Source: an uncultured archaeon
GTDB lineage: Archaea; Iainarchaeota; Iainarchaeia; Iainarchaeales; DTGL01
Reading direction: 5' to 3'
NCBI GenBank assembly: GCA_964551725.1
Contig: CAZKED010000002.1
Span: 30,873-94,872 of the forward strand
Length of the DNA: 64,000 nucleotides
The notes beneath the pieces were generated by a model, which had not been told where the DNA came from, ran no database searches, and saw only the letters and a program-made list of their open reading frames with translations. The translations under genes and the position numbers were made by a program. Below, in pieces: positions 63,965-64,000 of this stretch; position 1 is the first letter of the stretch, and the number at the start of each line of letters is the position of its first letter.

Positions 63965-64000
63965 AATCAATATATTTAAATATCTTGTTCTTCTATTGGG

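Noticed and set aside
1-64000. CRISPR array, rRNA, transposase or integrase
   Set aside because: None recognised by eye anywhere in the window

Overview
Archaeal chromosomal window, mostly housekeeping. It is probably from a DPANN lineage such as Ca. Iainarchaeota/Diapherotrites (inference from gene content, compact operons and K/E-rich protein tails; not tested phylogenetically). It holds a large S-layer gene with glycosylation genes; truD, aRF1, pyrH, dph2, ppsA, rpl10e, cysteine synthase, a ThiI-like gene, mre11 and acs; the aIF2beta-DUF424-aIF1A-rio1-KH-top6B-top6A cluster; the Pop5/proteasome/exosome/rpl37ae/rpoP/pcc1/prefoldin superoperon; nrdDG, fibrillarin, nop5, glyS, def, an NAGGN-synthetase-like gene and a RelE-type TA pair. 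Three tRNAs were read by eye: Cys-GCA, Arg-CCT and Thr-CGT. Signals not explained by the ORF track: (1) tRNA-Cys carries a 175-nt, highly structured, element-like BHB intron. (2) A free-standing LAGLIDADG gene ends inside tRNA-Arg, with its stop codon in the anticodon loop. (3) An ArsR regulator plus two unannotated Pro/His microproteins sit between nop5 and fibrillarin, and one microprotein resembles the regulator's own C-terminal coiled coil. (4) A 1.6-kb integrase-less island is bounded by a 39-bp duplication of a nuclease gene's 3' end and carries a stand-alone GatE GAD-like domain. (5) Several orphan genes with Arg-rich termini occur, one directly downstream of each tRNA. All family calls come from motif recognition, not database searches.
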